The notes under the pieces are model-generated. The model saw only the letters and a list, made by a program, of their open reading frames with translations, ran no database searches and was not told the origin of the DNA. From Candidatus Bathyarchaeia archaeon (lineage in GTDB: Archaea > Thermoproteota > Bathyarchaeia > Bathyarchaeales > Bathycorpusculaceae): 64,000 nt of DNA. Position 1 is the stretch's first letter. Each line of letters begins with the position of its first letter. A program made the translations under genes and the position numbers. The stretch lies in the NCBI GenBank assembly GCA_050010755.1, contig JBEKKK010000001.1, forward strand, positions 928,001-992,000, read 5' to 3'. This document shows, piece after piece, positions 40,710 through 51,529 of the stretch.

Positions 40710-43700
40710 TTAGTTTTTGCTTGTGGGTTTCTTCCTGCTGCTCGGCTTGGATTTCTTTCCAAAAATCATTAATGTCAAGAGCGTGAGTATTGAACCTGCG
40801 CCGACTACAATGATTATAATGATTGCCCAAACTGGAAAGCCCCCGTTAGATCCTGTTTGGGTAGGTTGGCTGGGTTGAGATGGATCGTTCGCGGCCGTGA
40901 CGTTTTGGTTCCATGAGAACAAGGTTTTCCACCACGGCGTGCTCGGCTTTGGTCCCCAAGTTATGATCATGGGATCTAAGCTGTCGTCGATTTTAGTCAG
41001 GTTATGTACGTAATCCTCCACGCCTACGATCTGGAAGGTTCGCGTTCCTGCAGTCGAGTAGCTGAAATCTGCTCGCCACATTTCTTTGTCGTCAGACGAC
41101 CAATCCATTGCGTAGTTCTTTGTTCCGTCGCTCAAGATTAGGCTGCCGTTTTCCCCTCTGAACAGCGTGTTTTCCAGCTCGTAGACAGCTATATACCACA
41201 CATATTCCGTTTGATTAATGGATGCTTGTGAACTGGAAACTCCTGCTGCGATTATCTTTATCTCGTCCCAGACAACATCGATGCTGTTGCTCTCGAAGGC
41301 CGTCAGATTATACTTAGGATCAATTATCGAAGAGGTGCCTATCCACGCCGTCTCTGGGTGGTCACGGATCAGACTGTCATTGAAGACCACGCTGCCAGCG
41401 AACGGCACTGTGTTAAACCCTAAGATCCTGTCAAGCTCATAGTAACTGTTGTTCCACGATATGTTGGCCGCAGAATCGACGTTCACGTAGTTATCGTTGC
41501 TCATCGAGAGAACCACTTTCACCCTATCCCACGCTACAACCGGGCTCGGGGCCGTTTGCGTGAAGGATGTCACATAGGCAAACTTGACCCCTGTTACTGA
41601 GAAAGTTGTTTCCGCTGGTGTTGAGCTGTTGACCATAAACGTCGCCCAGCCGGTTCCGTTCACCGTTTCTGTGCTGCTACTGTTGATAGTTATGGTGCCG
41701 CCCGTAGCGTCAGAGCAGTTGAGAGCCCATTCCGCGTGAAAAGTGACAAGTTGGAAGGCTCCCACGTTGACGCGATTCGGCCATGCGGAGGAAGCCCAGG
41801 ACTCGTCGATTATTATGTTTGCAACTGTGAAGTTTATGACCACGGCCCACTGGGGAATCGTTCCGTTTGCCTCGATTGAAAGTTCTACGACGTGGAGTCC
41901 AGGATCCGAAGGAGTAACAATGGTGAAGGACACGGTGGCCAATTGGCCTCCGGAAAGGACGCCGCTTGACGGCGATTTCAAAGTGAACCAGGGCCCTGCG
42001 TCAAGAATCGTTATGTTGTAAGCGAGATGGTCGTCAGTGGAACCAACTATGTTGGAGACGTTGAAGCCGTCGCTGATTGTTTGACCCACTGAGAACTCGC
42101 CCTCATCAACTTGGCAGGGGTCATAAGGGATGTTGTTCTCATACTGTACCAAAAGCTGATCAATCTTCTGCACGTATTGAGTGTTAGAAGAAGACGAACC
42201 AATGTTTCCTGCATTGTCAATAGCGGTGAAAGTGTAGTTTAGTGTGGTTCCTCCTGGCTGTTTTGGGATCACTCCGGTGTAGTTGTCATCGCCGATATTT
42301 GTCATCTGGCCAGTCCATACGGTTGAGTTCAGAAGGTAGGAAACGTAAACCTTGTCAACCCCACTCGCGTTCACCGGTTCGGTCGCCGTTGCGAATACGA
42401 TAATGAATTGGCTCGCATCAGGCGTGTTTGCAACGCCCCCGGGTGTGACGGTGGGAGGGGTCATATCGTCCACTAGGTATGGAAATGGAATTGGATAATT
42501 GGTTGTGTTTAACCAGTTTGAACCATCCGCAAGAACTTGTGCAACGTATCTCACCGTCGTGTTGTACCTGAAAGTGGGAATCGTGAATGTGATTACGTTG
42601 CTTTGGATGCTCGGCGAGAGGTTCAGGTTTCCTGTAGTTCCGTTATCAAACGTGTAGTTTACGAGGAGCGCCGCGTTAACGATCTGAACATGCTGCAGCG
42701 TGTCCACCGTGACGGTGACAGTGTCGCTGTACTGAACGCTCTTGTCGTAGACTTTGTTTGCACAATTTGCGTGTGTCAACGCTGGAGTTTGCGTCACGCT
42801 CTGTATCAGATACAGCGGGTAATTGTCCTTGCTGTTGATACCTGTTTCGTAGGGCTGATCACATATTCCGTCTGGAGAAGGTATTGTGCAGTTTGGACCT
42901 ACGTCTTGATATTTTCCAGAGTAAATGTCTGTGCAGTTCGTGAAGTCGCTCCAGTAGTTTCCACCCCCAGTCCCGTTGCTCGGAACGTATGGGTAACCAT
43001 CATCCCACCTGTTTGCCGTTCCCAGATCCTGCGCCTGAACAGGGTTTTTCACGAACCTGTTACCATAAATGAGGCTCTGGGAGCCGCCCTGCTGAACTCG
43101 CAGTCCTATCTGCGTGTTGTTCAGTATGGTGTTGTTCTGAACGAAGGTTCCTTCTCCTGAAACCACATCTATGCCTATCGGGTTATCCTGAATCAGGCTG
43201 TCGGTTATTCTCGTGTTTGAGCCTTCGACGCTTACCCCAGAACCGAGCCCGGCCATTATGATGCAGGCGGACACGCTGTTGTTGTCGCCGGCGATCTCGA
43301 TTTGTGCACCACTATCGTAGGAATCTTTCAGGGTCAAATCAAATATTGTCACGTTGGCGCATCCGTCCAGTGAGATGCAGAAGGGCGCAGTCATGTTGAA
43401 CTCTCCATCGATTATCGTGCTTACAGCGTCCTGCCCCTCAATACTTATGCCACTCTTGGCGGCGGGTATCACAACGTTCTCGAAGTAGATGCGTGACGCA
43501 TTCAGCACTATCGTGTCTCCAGAGCTTGCAGCGTCAACCGCAGCCTGAATCGTGGGAAAATCGTCCGGCACGTTCAGGCCCTGTACGCCCAAAACGTCGT
43601 CGATGTATGCCACTGGCAAGAGACTGCCTGTTTGGGTGGCCCCCATATCGCTTTCCGTAAGGGCCATTCTTCGAATCGAAGTTACGGTTCCGTTGAATCT

Positions 43701-44312
43701 GGCATTTGCTGCTTCAAGGTGATCGTCTATGTGAATATTGTAAACGTTGGCAGGTATGTTCATAATGAATTCTATCCGGTACCATCTGTTTGCCACGTAA
43801 GAGTTTCTCAACGTCACGAGTCCTACGCTGCCGTCGAAATACTGGATTACGGTATCATTGAATATTATGTTTGCACCATCGAAATTCCCGTCGTCAACAC
43901 TGATTTCCAAACCCGTGTGAATGCCCGTGTTGTTGGGCATCATCACCGAGAAACTAACTACAACCGTGTCGTTCTGTTGTGGAAAATAGCTGAAGGCTGA
44001 AAAAACAGCAGTACTTGAGTTGTCCACGAACTTTGCAGAGTTTTGCCCACTGTATGCTGCTTCGTTCGTCACTATGAAGTAGCCTGCACTATTTAGGTTC
44101 GGAGTCCAGCCGGGTGGAGTTTGATTAAGCGGGAGCCCCTCGAAATTGGAGTTCAAGAACACCTCTCGGGTTGGCGCGTCCTCGCCCCGCACCGACATCA
44201 CTGCCACGCCTAATTGCGACGAGTGAATGAGGAGATTGTTGGTCCCCACCAAAATGACGAACACCAAGGCTAGCGTCACAAGTATACGTAGCCTGGATTT
44301 CTTCCCCATCAC
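40710..44312 (-). CDS. Large surface glycoprotein with a NosD/right-handed beta-helix domain
   Basis: Signal/TM, VPDDFPTIQAAVDAA, WDDGYP..GGGNYWSD, C-terminal TM. Confidence 0.88.
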   Translation of the reverse strand: MMGKKSRLRILVTLALVFVILVGTNNLLIHSSQLGVAVMSVRGEDAPTREVFLNSNFEGLPLNQTPPGWTPNLNSAGYFIVTNEAAYSGQNSAKFVDNSSTAVFSAFSYFPQQNDTVVVSFSVMMPNNTGIHTGLEISVDDGNFDGANIIFNDTVIQYFDGSVGLVTLRNSYVANRWYRIEFIMNIPANVYNIHIDDHLEAANARFNGTVTSIRRMALTESDMGATQTGSLLPVAYIDDVLGVQGLNVPDDFPTIQAAVDAASSGDTIVLNASRIYFENVVIPAAKSGISIEGQDAVSTIIDGEFNMTAPFCISLDGCANVTIFDLTLKDSYDSGAQIEIAGDNNSVSACIIMAGLGSGVSVEGSNTRITDSLIQDNPIGIDVVSGEGTFVQNNTILNNTQIGLRVQQGGSQSLIYGNRFVKNPVQAQDLGTANRWDDGYPYVPSNGTGGGNYWSDFTNCTDIYSGKYQDVGPNCTIPSPDGICDQPYETGINSKDNYPLYLIQSVTQTPALTHANCANKVYDKSVQYSDTVTVTVDTLQHVQIVNAALLVNYTFDNGTTGNLNLSPSIQSNVITFTIPTFRYNTTVRYVAQVLADGSNWLNTTNYPIPFPYLVDDMTPPTVTPGGVANTPDASQFIIVFATATEPVNASGVDKVYVSYLLNSTVWTGQMTNIGDDNYTGVIPKQPGGTTLNYTFTAIDNAGNIGSSSSNTQYVQKIDQLLVQYENNIPYDPCQVDEGEFSVGQTISDGFNVSNIVGSTDDHLAYNITILDAGPWFTLKSPSSGVLSGGQLATVSFTIVTPSDPGLHVVELSIEANGTIPQWAVVINFTVANIIIDESWASSAWPNRVNVGAFQLVTFHAEWALNCSDATGGTITINSSSTETVNGTGWATFMVNSSTPAETTFSVTGVKFAYVTSFTQTAPSPVVAWDRVKVVLSMSNDNYVNVDSAANISWNNSYYELDRILGFNTVPFAGSVVFNDSLIRDHPETAWIGTSSIIDPKYNLTAFESNSIDVVWDEIKIIAAGVSSSQASINQTEYVWYIAVYELENTLFRGENGSLILSDGTKNYAMDWSSDDKEMWRADFSYSTAGTRTFQIVGVEDYVHNLTKIDDSLDPMIITWGPKPSTPWWKTLFSWNQNVTAANDPSQPSQPTQTGSNGGFPVWAIIIIIVVGAGSILTLLTLMIFGKKSKPSSRKKPTSKN

Positions 44313-44556
44313 AGATTACTATCCCATTTAGTGTTGAGCCTTATCCTAGGTACGGACAGTTAACGTTTGTGAAGTTTTCTTCTAGAGAAAAGTTCTGGGA
44401 AGTACATCATAATGGCGCGCACATGCTTCTTCCGAAATAAGCCCCGAAACCCATGATGCTTCCTATAACGTTTGCCTCTTCCCCTAAAAGCCAGGTAGCC
44501 GGATGAATTGCCACGGTTATGATAGTTCAAACAGACTCACAAAAGAAAAAAGGGGA

Positions 44557-44859
44557 CTATTTTTTAAGTTCCACAACCAAGAGGTCTACATCGGTTTTTC
44601 CCGTGTTCTCAGCTTCGTGAGATTGGGCTTTAAGGAAGATTGCCTGACCAGTCTTCAGGTCCAACACATCTGTTTTTCCTGAAGATGTCAGTTTCAGCTT
44701 GCCACCCTTGAGAACGTACACCAAATGGTCGGGATGGCTGTGCATTGCTGCCTTGTCGTTCGGTTTAAACAAAACGTCAAGTACACGCACACGCTCGTTT
44801 TCCATTATGAACTTGTAGACGTTCTTGGCCACTTTCAAAGGGTCTTGCCCTTTTTCCGT
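44557..44859 (-). CDS. Cupin domain protein (apparent ACG start)
   Basis: ENERVRVL, MHSHPD, HEAENTG; GGAGGTGA-AATA-ACG. Confidence 0.8.
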   Translation of the reverse strand, partial: TEKGQDPLKVAKNVYKFIMENERVRVLDVLFKPNDKAAMHSHPDHLVYVLKGGKLKLTSSGKTDVLDLKTGQAIFLKAQSHEAENTGKTDVDLLVVELKK

Positions 44860-45033
44860 TATTTCACCTCCAGTTTCCTCATTCCTTCCAATTCTCTTCC
44901 CTCGCATATTTATGAATGTGTGACTGCAACCACACAGCAAAAACGCGCCAACATCCTGAAAACTGGAAAAGCCATGAGCGACAAGTTTGCAGTATCTAAA
45001 GCTTCAAGCATGCCCAGTACAAAGGTCCAACGG

Positions 45034-45275
45034 CTACATGTTCTCTCGGATCATCTTGGCTAAGCGGCGGATTCCCTCGTCTATCTGCTCTTTCGTGGGA
45101 TAGCTGAAGTTGAGGTGCATCGCGTTCTGTCCTTTGCCGTCGCAGTGGAAGGCTGATCCGATCACGTAGGCCACCTTGTTTTCTATGGCTTTGGGCAGCA
45201 GCTCGTTCGCGCTCATCTTCTTGGGCAGTTTCACCCATAGGAACAGGCCGCCCTCCGGATGCGTCCAAGTCACGC
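45034..45275 (-). pseudogene. 3' fragment duplicated from the aminotransferase at 47412..48617
   Basis: Last ~80 codons nearly identical; 5' break at the site GCGCGCGC (45277-45284). Confidence 0.9.
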
Positions 45276-45387
45276 CGCGCGCGCTGAAATCGAAGATTAG
45301 AATCGATTAACTCCATCATAAGGGCACGTGAGTCTAAAAAAAAGAGGGGGATATCACAGCTTCCCCTTTTTGATTCTGCCGTTGGAA

Positions 45388-45822
45388 TCAGACTAAGAGA
45401 GTTACGTCTGCGTTTGCCGCTACGTCTAGGAATGTGGTGGCCCCAGCCATTTGATCAACTTCTGGAATCAGTTGTTCTCTCTTGATTCCGAACATTTCCA
45501 TAGTCGGGGTGCAAGCGTATATCGTCAGAAGTCCAGAGGTCTTCATCCTCTTGAGCAGCTCGTAAGGCGTTGGGTATTTCATCTGTTTCAGTCTTTCTGC
45601 CATGGGCTTTTCCATTTGCTTGTAGTCGCTTGGTAATCCCGCTTTTTCCATTGCTCCTTTGACGAGTGCTTGGAGACCCCAGAAGGTGAAGTAGAGGTGT
45701 GCTTCCCATCCCATTGATGTCGCAGTTGATCCGAGAATAAATGCGCAATAAAGCTTGTCTATTGTTCCGCTGTGGACTATCAAAGCTAATTTCTTCTTTT
45801 CAGTCATGAATTCACTTTCCAT
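45388..45822 (-). CDS. DsrE/DsrF/DrsH-like (DsrE2) sulfur-relay protein
   Basis: YFTFWGL, YAC..TM.MFG, GA.TFL. Confidence 0.88.
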   Translation of the reverse strand: MESEFMTEKKKLALIVHSGTIDKLYCAFILGSTATSMGWEAHLYFTFWGLQALVKGAMEKAGLPSDYKQMEKPMAERLKQMKYPTPYELLKRMKTSGLLTIYACTPTMEMFGIKREQLIPEVDQMAGATTFLDVAANADVTLLV

Positions 45823-45932
45823 TCTGTGAACTACTTAGTAATATTACATACGTCATACTTATGACTTCCGTCAAAAAAAAATATCAATTGAGAATTAGGA
45901 GCAGAGCAGCCTTCTTGCCGTTCGTGCTCGTC

Positions 45933-46139
45933 TTAAGGCGGATTGTCGCTTTTTTCAGGGCGTTCCAACAATACTACGAAAACGGGGTCATCCGTATGAT
46001 GAATGACGAACTGTTTAATCGTCCAATGTTCGCTAAGGTAGCTCTTGAGCATGTTATTCAAATCAGCCAGCTCAATGGGATAATCTTTCATTCGAAGTTC
46101 TCCCCTACCGTACTTGATAGCCACAAACTTATATTCCAT
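45933..46139 (-). CDS. Small hypothetical protein (DUF4177-like)
   Basis: MEYKFV...LN.....W...VLLER. Confidence 0.5.
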   Translation of the reverse strand: MEYKFVAIKYGRGELRMKDYPIELADLNNMLKSYLSEHWTIKQFVIHHTDDPVFVVLLERPEKSDNPP

Positions 46140-46358
46140 AATAACCCAAACCTCTCTCTGTCCTTCTGTTGTTGTGCAGATTTAAGATTTCTGTCTTCTT
46201 TGAACTACATAGCCTAGGCCCAAAAAAAGGTTAGAAGTCTATAACCTAACGTGAACTTCTCTCAACTTGACAGTTCCTTCCATTTAGCCCGCGCTAGATA
46301 AACACAATGTAACCTCACATGCTGTTGCTTTTCACAATCATGCGAAACTCGTGCATTT

Positions 46359-47141
46359 TCAAATGGCGTCTGTTTCAATCTCGTTTTCCTTAAGTGTTTG
46401 AATAAATGGAAGACCTCTGCTCACGATCTCTCCTATGATTTCGGTCGGAGACTCTAAAATCAGGTGCCAAGCGTTATTGCAGTACTCTATTGTCAGATAA
46501 ACATCTCTGGTTTTCTGTGAAGGAAGTGGCAATCGTATCTCTGGTTCTGGATTCTCCAGGGCTTCTTCCTTTGTGGAATTAAGAACCTTGTTTATGAGCC
46601 CCAACATGTTCTTTAGGTCTCTTTTCACCAGTTGTCTATCTTTTTTGGAAAACTTGGTTTTCTTGCACCAACGAATTTGAAGATCTTTGACAGTCACTTC
46701 GGGCAGTGGCTCATGCGTGCTCATCACTGATAGCTTGTTCAATGGAGTGCTGGGGCCAACATACTCGTCTTTCTTCATCAAGAAGCCCTTCAGCGCTTCG
46801 GTAACTCTCTCGAAGTGGTGGTAACCCACAATGTTGCCGATCACTCTTCCCTTATAGAATACTTCCAGCGTGGGAACCGTTCGAACTCCTCTCTGATGGG
46901 CTAGATTCTTGTTCGAGTCATTCAGCATTGCATCTATCCTCACAAACTTTGCTTCCTGTCCAAAAGCCTCGCAGACTTTCTTGTACACCGGATTAAACTT
47001 TACGCAGTGAGGACAGCAGTGGCTGAAAAACTCCACCACAACCGGCTTATTGGCCTCCAGAACTTCTTTTTCGAAAGACTTCGCAGAAATGTCGCTTGCG
47101 TCAGGCATCAAACAATGACTCATACCATATTCTCGCGGCAA
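46359..47141 (-). CDS. Thioredoxin-domain protein with C-terminal extension
   Basis: PVVVEFFSHCCPHC, VPT; flanked by sites 46285 and 47178. Confidence 0.85.
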   Translation of the reverse strand: MPREYGMSHCLMPDASDISAKSFEKEVLEANKPVVVEFFSHCCPHCVKFNPVYKKVCEAFGQEAKFVRIDAMLNDSNKNLAHQRGVRTVPTLEVFYKGRVIGNIVGYHHFERVTEALKGFLMKKDEYVGPSTPLNKLSVMSTHEPLPEVTVKDLQIRWCKKTKFSKKDRQLVKRDLKNMLGLINKVLNSTKEEALENPEPEIRLPLPSQKTRDVYLTIEYCNNAWHLILESPTEIIGEIVSRGLPFIQTLKENEIETDAI

Positions 47142-47411
47142 TAATAGGTATAAGCATTGCCCCTAACGGGTCGCGCCTAGCGCGCCTAAACGTTTTCTTG
47201 TATGAACTGCGCTGGCCAAGAGCCTTCCAGTCCAGTGATATCTTTTTCTAAACCAAGATGGAGAAGTGGCAAACCTAGTCCACGCCCACTTTATCCGCTA
47301 AGGCTTTCGCAAGATCTGCGAGCCATGTTCGGCCATTGCCCCGGAGACGATCATCTCGGCTTCGCTCTCAAGCAGCACCAGCGAGAGGATGAGCGCGCGC
47401 AAGCCCAGCGG

Positions 47412-48617
47412 CTACATGTTCTCTCGGATCATCTTTGCTAAGCGGCGGATTCCCTCGTCTATCTGTTCTTCCGTGGGATAGGAGAAGTTGAGACGCATGG
47501 CGTTCTGTCCTTTGCCGTCGCAGTGGAAGGCTGATCCGATCACGTAGGCCACCTTGTTTTCTATGGCTTTGGGCAGCAGTTCGTTCGCGCTCATCTTCTT
47601 GGGCAGTTTCACCCATAGGAAGAGGCCGCCTTCAGGGTGCGTCCAAGTAACGCCCTTGGGCATATACTTCTCCAAGGCCGCGAGCATGGCCGCGACTTTC
47701 TTGCTGTAAAGCTTCACTATCTTTTCAACCTGCTTCTGCATCAGCCCGCGTCTCATGAACTCGGCCACGATCAACTGATTGTAGGTTGGACAGCACAGAT
47801 CCATGCTCTGCTTGGCAACAACCATCCGATCCATCCACTCGGACGGCGCCATAATCCACGCCAACCTCAGGCCCGGACACAGAATCTTCGAAAACGTGCC
47901 CAGCGCTATGACCTGTTTATTCTTATCCAAGCTGTAAATGGCAGGAATGCTCTCTCCCTTGAACCGCAAGTCCCTGTAGGGGCTGTCCTCGAGAATCGGA
48001 ACCCCATACTCATCCGCCAGCTCCAGAAGTCTCTTCCGCCTGTCCAGCGGTAGAGTAACCCCGGATGGATTTTGAAAGTCGGGAACGACGTAGATGAACT
48101 TCGGCTTCTTCTTCTTTGCCGCAAGCTTTGCCAGCACCTTTTCCAGCAGATCCATCCTCATTCCGTTGTCGTCCTGCGGCACTCCGATCATCCTAGCCAT
48201 GTAGGAGGCAAAGGCCTGCAAGCCGCCTATGTAGCTCGGCAACTCCAGCACCACGATGTCCCTCGGATCCAGAAACACCTTCGAAACAATATCCAAACCC
48301 TGCTGCGAACCCGCCGTAACAAGAATGTTCTCAGGCTTCACCGTCGACTTCTCACGCATCAACCACTTGCTAATCTCCTCACGCAGCGGAGCCTCCCCCT
48401 CGGTAGTGCCATACTGAAGGGCCGTCGCACCCTTCTCCCGCAACGTCTGACAGCAAATATCCTCCAGCTCCTTAACCGGAAAAGTCTCCGTAGCAGGAAG
48501 CCCACCAGCAAAAGAAATCATCCCCGGAACACGGCTCACCTTAAGCAGCTCCCTAATCTCAGAACGCTTCATTCCCCGAGCATTCTTCGAATAAAACGCA
48601 GTCAAATCCTTAATCAT
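47412..48617 (-). CDS. PLP-dependent aminotransferase class I (LysN/ARO8-like)
   Basis: ISFAGGLP, FQNPSG, EDSPY, TFSKILCPGLRL. Confidence 0.95.
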   Translation of the reverse strand: MIKDLTAFYSKNARGMKRSEIRELLKVSRVPGMISFAGGLPATETFPVKELEDICCQTLREKGATALQYGTTEGEAPLREEISKWLMREKSTVKPENILVTAGSQQGLDIVSKVFLDPRDIVVLELPSYIGGLQAFASYMARMIGVPQDDNGMRMDLLEKVLAKLAAKKKKPKFIYVVPDFQNPSGVTLPLDRRKRLLELADEYGVPILEDSPYRDLRFKGESIPAIYSLDKNKQVIALGTFSKILCPGLRLAWIMAPSEWMDRMVVAKQSMDLCCPTYNQLIVAEFMRRGLMQKQVEKIVKLYSKKVAAMLAALEKYMPKGVTWTHPEGGLFLWVKLPKKMSANELLPKAIENKVAYVIGSAFHCDGKGQNAMRLNFSYPTEEQIDEGIRRLAKMIRENM

Positions 48618-49022
48618 TACACCGTCCTCCTCCGCATATTAGAGCGCAGACCCCATTTTCACACTCAAACCGTCAACCTACATAAGGTTATTGCACCCAC
48701 CTGACGGATCACAAACATGAAAACGCCCGAATTCACAAAAAACCAGAACTGACCCTCAGCAACTATTTTCAAAACCGCTGTTCGGCCGCCTCAGATTCCA
48801 TCCAAATAACGGAGAAGAGATTGATGGACGAAATCTCCGAGCGCCTAACCGTCATAGACCTTACGTAATAAGGTTTTTCATCGTGGATTCTGTTACCTTG
48901 TCGTCTGTTTGTTCTCCTTGTTACATTTCGTCTGCTGAGAGGACTTTATGAAAAAGCGAATAGACCTTGCTCTAGTGTTCTTCGTTGTCACAGCGCGCGC
49001 TTTTTCGGTCTTTAAGCGCGTG

Positions 49023-49484
49023 CTAGATTGAAAAATAGGTTTTAACTCTTTTTGTCGAGAAGTACGCGAAGGAGAGAAAGGGGTACAGGACAAGGTACAC
49101 TATTAGCAGGCTCCAATAGACGTTAGCGCTTAGCAGAACGAACCAGTAGCCTAGCCAGATGCCGAAGACGAGCAGCACAATCCAAGAGGCCATCGACAGA
49201 AAATAGCCGACGCGCATACCTCGAAATACGAGAACAGCATCCGCAAAGAGCAAAGCGCCCAACGCTGCAATCAACCCTGCGTACATAAACCATAGTGAAT
49301 TTCCCTCATTTCCTGTCGCAAAACCAAAAAAGAGGAATGCGAAGAACCATGCTCCCAGTGCGGTTAACACGGTGAACAGGCACACCAGAAAGACGCCAAC
49401 TGGCTCTACTCTCTCCACAGCGTCACCAAAAGTTACATTTGTTTCCGAAGATAAAAGCTTAACGTACCAAGGAAACAGACTCAT
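49023..49484 (-). CDS. Four-TM membrane protein
   Basis: Hydrophobic helices; stop lies in site 49013-49026. Confidence 0.7.
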   Translation of the reverse strand: MSLFPWYVKLLSSETNVTFGDAVERVEPVGVFLVCLFTVLTALGAWFFAFLFFGFATGNEGNSLWFMYAGLIAALGALLFADAVLVFRGMRVGYFLSMASWIVLLVFGIWLGYWFVLLSANVYWSLLIVYLVLYPFLSFAYFSTKRVKTYFSI

Positions 49485-49533
49485 CGTGAGGCCTGAAGCC
49501 TCACGAAGCCCGTTCTCAAAAACTCACACGCGG

Positions 49534-50526
49534 TCAGCCTATTGTTATCTGCGTGGGAGCGGTTTCCAGAGTGCTGTTCTGGTCGATGAAGAACGGAGGT
49601 CCAATTCTTCCAACAATGTAATATGTTCCCGGTGAAACTGGAATGCCTTCCGATTCTAGGCTGTGGCTGAATGTCTGCTGCCAAACAAGAGAAGAACTCA
49701 AGCTCTCTCCGGGATTAAGCGTTTCAAGAACGAGATATAACGGAAAAACCCCGCCTAGCCAAATGCTTGTGTACCAGTAGATGTTGCTGTCTGTTTCGTT
49801 GTAAACGTGAAAGTCAAACTGATTGCCACTTGGACCCAACGTAAAGCTTACTGTTTGATTGCTGATGTTGGTGATTGTGAGCAGTATGTTTATGGGCTCG
49901 CCGAGGCTGTAGTTGGTTTTCTGAAGCGTCATGCTGAGCTGCAAGCCAAGCTGTTGATCAACGCCGTCCACTGTGTCATTGTGTAGGCTGCCGTTTATCC
50001 AATTTAGATAGTAGGTCTGTGAGTCACTGTCAAAACTTATTGTTCCGTTTATTGCAACTGTGCCTCCAACCGTCCACGGGTTAATTGGCAACGTTGATGT
50101 TAGCTGGCCGTTGAAAGTCAAGTACATGAAAGAACCAGTTAGATTCGGATAGAAGCTCGGAACGATGCTTGTCACATTTACGCCGAGGATGATCGCGCTC
50201 ACATTAGCGTAGCCTAAGGTGCCGACCACAGTGTAAGTCGTATTCGAGTATGATTGTTTTTGAAGATTCGCAACCTGAGAGGTCAAGGAATTAATCGTCG
50301 AGTTTTCAGAGGCAACCTGGCCCTGAAGACTTGCCACTGTAGAGTTCAATTGAGAAACCTGATTGCTCAAAGACGAAATCGTGTTGCTCTTGTCATTCAT
50401 CATCAACGTATACGCTGCAACCACACCCCCCAAACAGGCTACTAAAATGATACAGATTATTCCAAGCGCAACAATGACGCCCTTACCAACCATTTTCGGC
50501 TCCTTCGTTTCACTCACGCTTGACAC
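49534..50526 (-). CDS. Membrane-anchored coiled-coil protein with a BsuPI-like Ig domain
   Basis: N-terminal TM, heptad region, K.NY.LGEPINI.LTITN...QFDF...TL.PGES..W.Q. Confidence 0.7.
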   Translation of the reverse strand: MSSVSETKEPKMVGKGVIVALGIICIILVACLGGVVAAYTLMMNDKSNTISSLSNQVSQLNSTVASLQGQVASENSTINSLTSQVANLQKQSYSNTTYTVVGTLGYANVSAIILGVNVTSIVPSFYPNLTGSFMYLTFNGQLTSTLPINPWTVGGTVAINGTISFDSDSQTYYLNWINGSLHNDTVDGVDQQLGLQLSMTLQKTNYSLGEPINILLTITNISNQTVSFTLGPSGNQFDFHVYNETDSNIYWYTSIWLGGVFPLYLVLETLNPGESLSSSLVWQQTFSHSLESEGIPVSPGTYYIVGRIGPPFFIDQNSTLETAPTQITIG

Positions 50527-50745
50527 CCATCATAGCACAGGCAAACGTCCGATATAATCCCAAGCCTTAGAACACAGCATCCCAGAACCTAGAACGATTC
50601 TAAGAAACACTTGGCGATATGCAAGAAAAAATTGCAGCCATCAACAGACCCTACCCAATCCAAGAGCCAGCAAGAACTTCTGAGGTAAACATTTTAAGAC
50701 GGAGCCAATTAGATGAGCTGGCCACACTTGGCGCCGGAACAATAC

Positions 50746-50879
50746 GCCGGGATAATGGCCAGACACGTGTCTCACCATCCCGTAGGCAGAGTGGATTAAT
50801 GCGCAGGCCTTGAGGCGCAAACGCGCTTGAGAGCCTGTGGCCCTTCGGGGCCGCGCGGGTTCGAGTCCCACTCCCGGCG
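50746..50879 (+). tRNA. tRNA-Ser(TGA) with two introns (50754-50784 at 8/9; ~50815-50831 in the anticodon loop)
   Basis: GCCGGGA/TCCCGGC acceptor stem, CAGGC-CTTGAGA-GCCTG after splicing, long variable arm GGCCC-TTCG-GGGCC, BHB around intron 1. Confidence 0.85.
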
Positions 50880-51100
50880 CCTCAACAATCACCGACCGTT
50901 CCCACGAAGCCTAAGACGGTGCCCAAAACCTGCCTCTCAAGACAAGAAAACAAGAATCCAGACCATTCTACGCCATTCACACGGCAAAGCAGCTGCGATG
51001 ACACTCTGGGAATGTTGTGAAATGTGAACTGAGTGTTTGTACCCAGACTTCATAAATCTATTAAAACAAAAACTGGCAGATTTCAAGCGGAGAATCAAGA

Positions 51101-51529
51101 ATGAAAGTTCTCCGTAGGCAAAAGTCCGGATTCGCCCTCAGTCTAATTCTATGCGTGATTGGATTGGCCTCGCTCGTCACCATGTTTTGGCTGTGTTGGC
51201 CTCAGCTTTCATCCGCGAAAGATCCATTCTCAACGTTTGTAACGCTTCTCTGGACCAAGAACCTGAATCTTGTGCCAGGCATCGAATTCAAAATTTCATA
51301 TCTCTTCGTCTTGGGCGACGCAATGCTCATAGCCGGAATCTCAGTGTACATCCTGAGCGTGCAAAGGGTCTATCTGCCAGGAAAGATTGTTTGGTACCGA
51401 TGCCCCTTCTGCAAAAAAGAATGGAGGTCAACCGGAACCAAAGCACTCGTGCACTGCCCTCACTGTCGCCAACTGATTCACCCAACACTGGTTGAACGAA
51501 TAGACCCTGCAGTCAAAGCTAACCTCTAG
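51101..51529 (+). CDS. Membrane protein with C-terminal zinc ribbon
   Basis: Two TMs, CPFC...CPHC. Confidence 0.75.
   Translation: MKVLRRQKSGFALSLILCVIGLASLVTMFWLCWPQLSSAKDPFSTFVTLLWTKNLNLVPGIEFKISYLFVLGDAMLIAGISVYILSVQRVYLPGKIVWYRCPFCKKEWRSTGTKALVHCPHCRQLIHPTLVERIDPAVKANL

Noticed and set aside
50619-50680. YPIQEP peptide matching the pilus ATPase N-terminus
   Set aside because: Only six residues match, with no further similarity; may be chance
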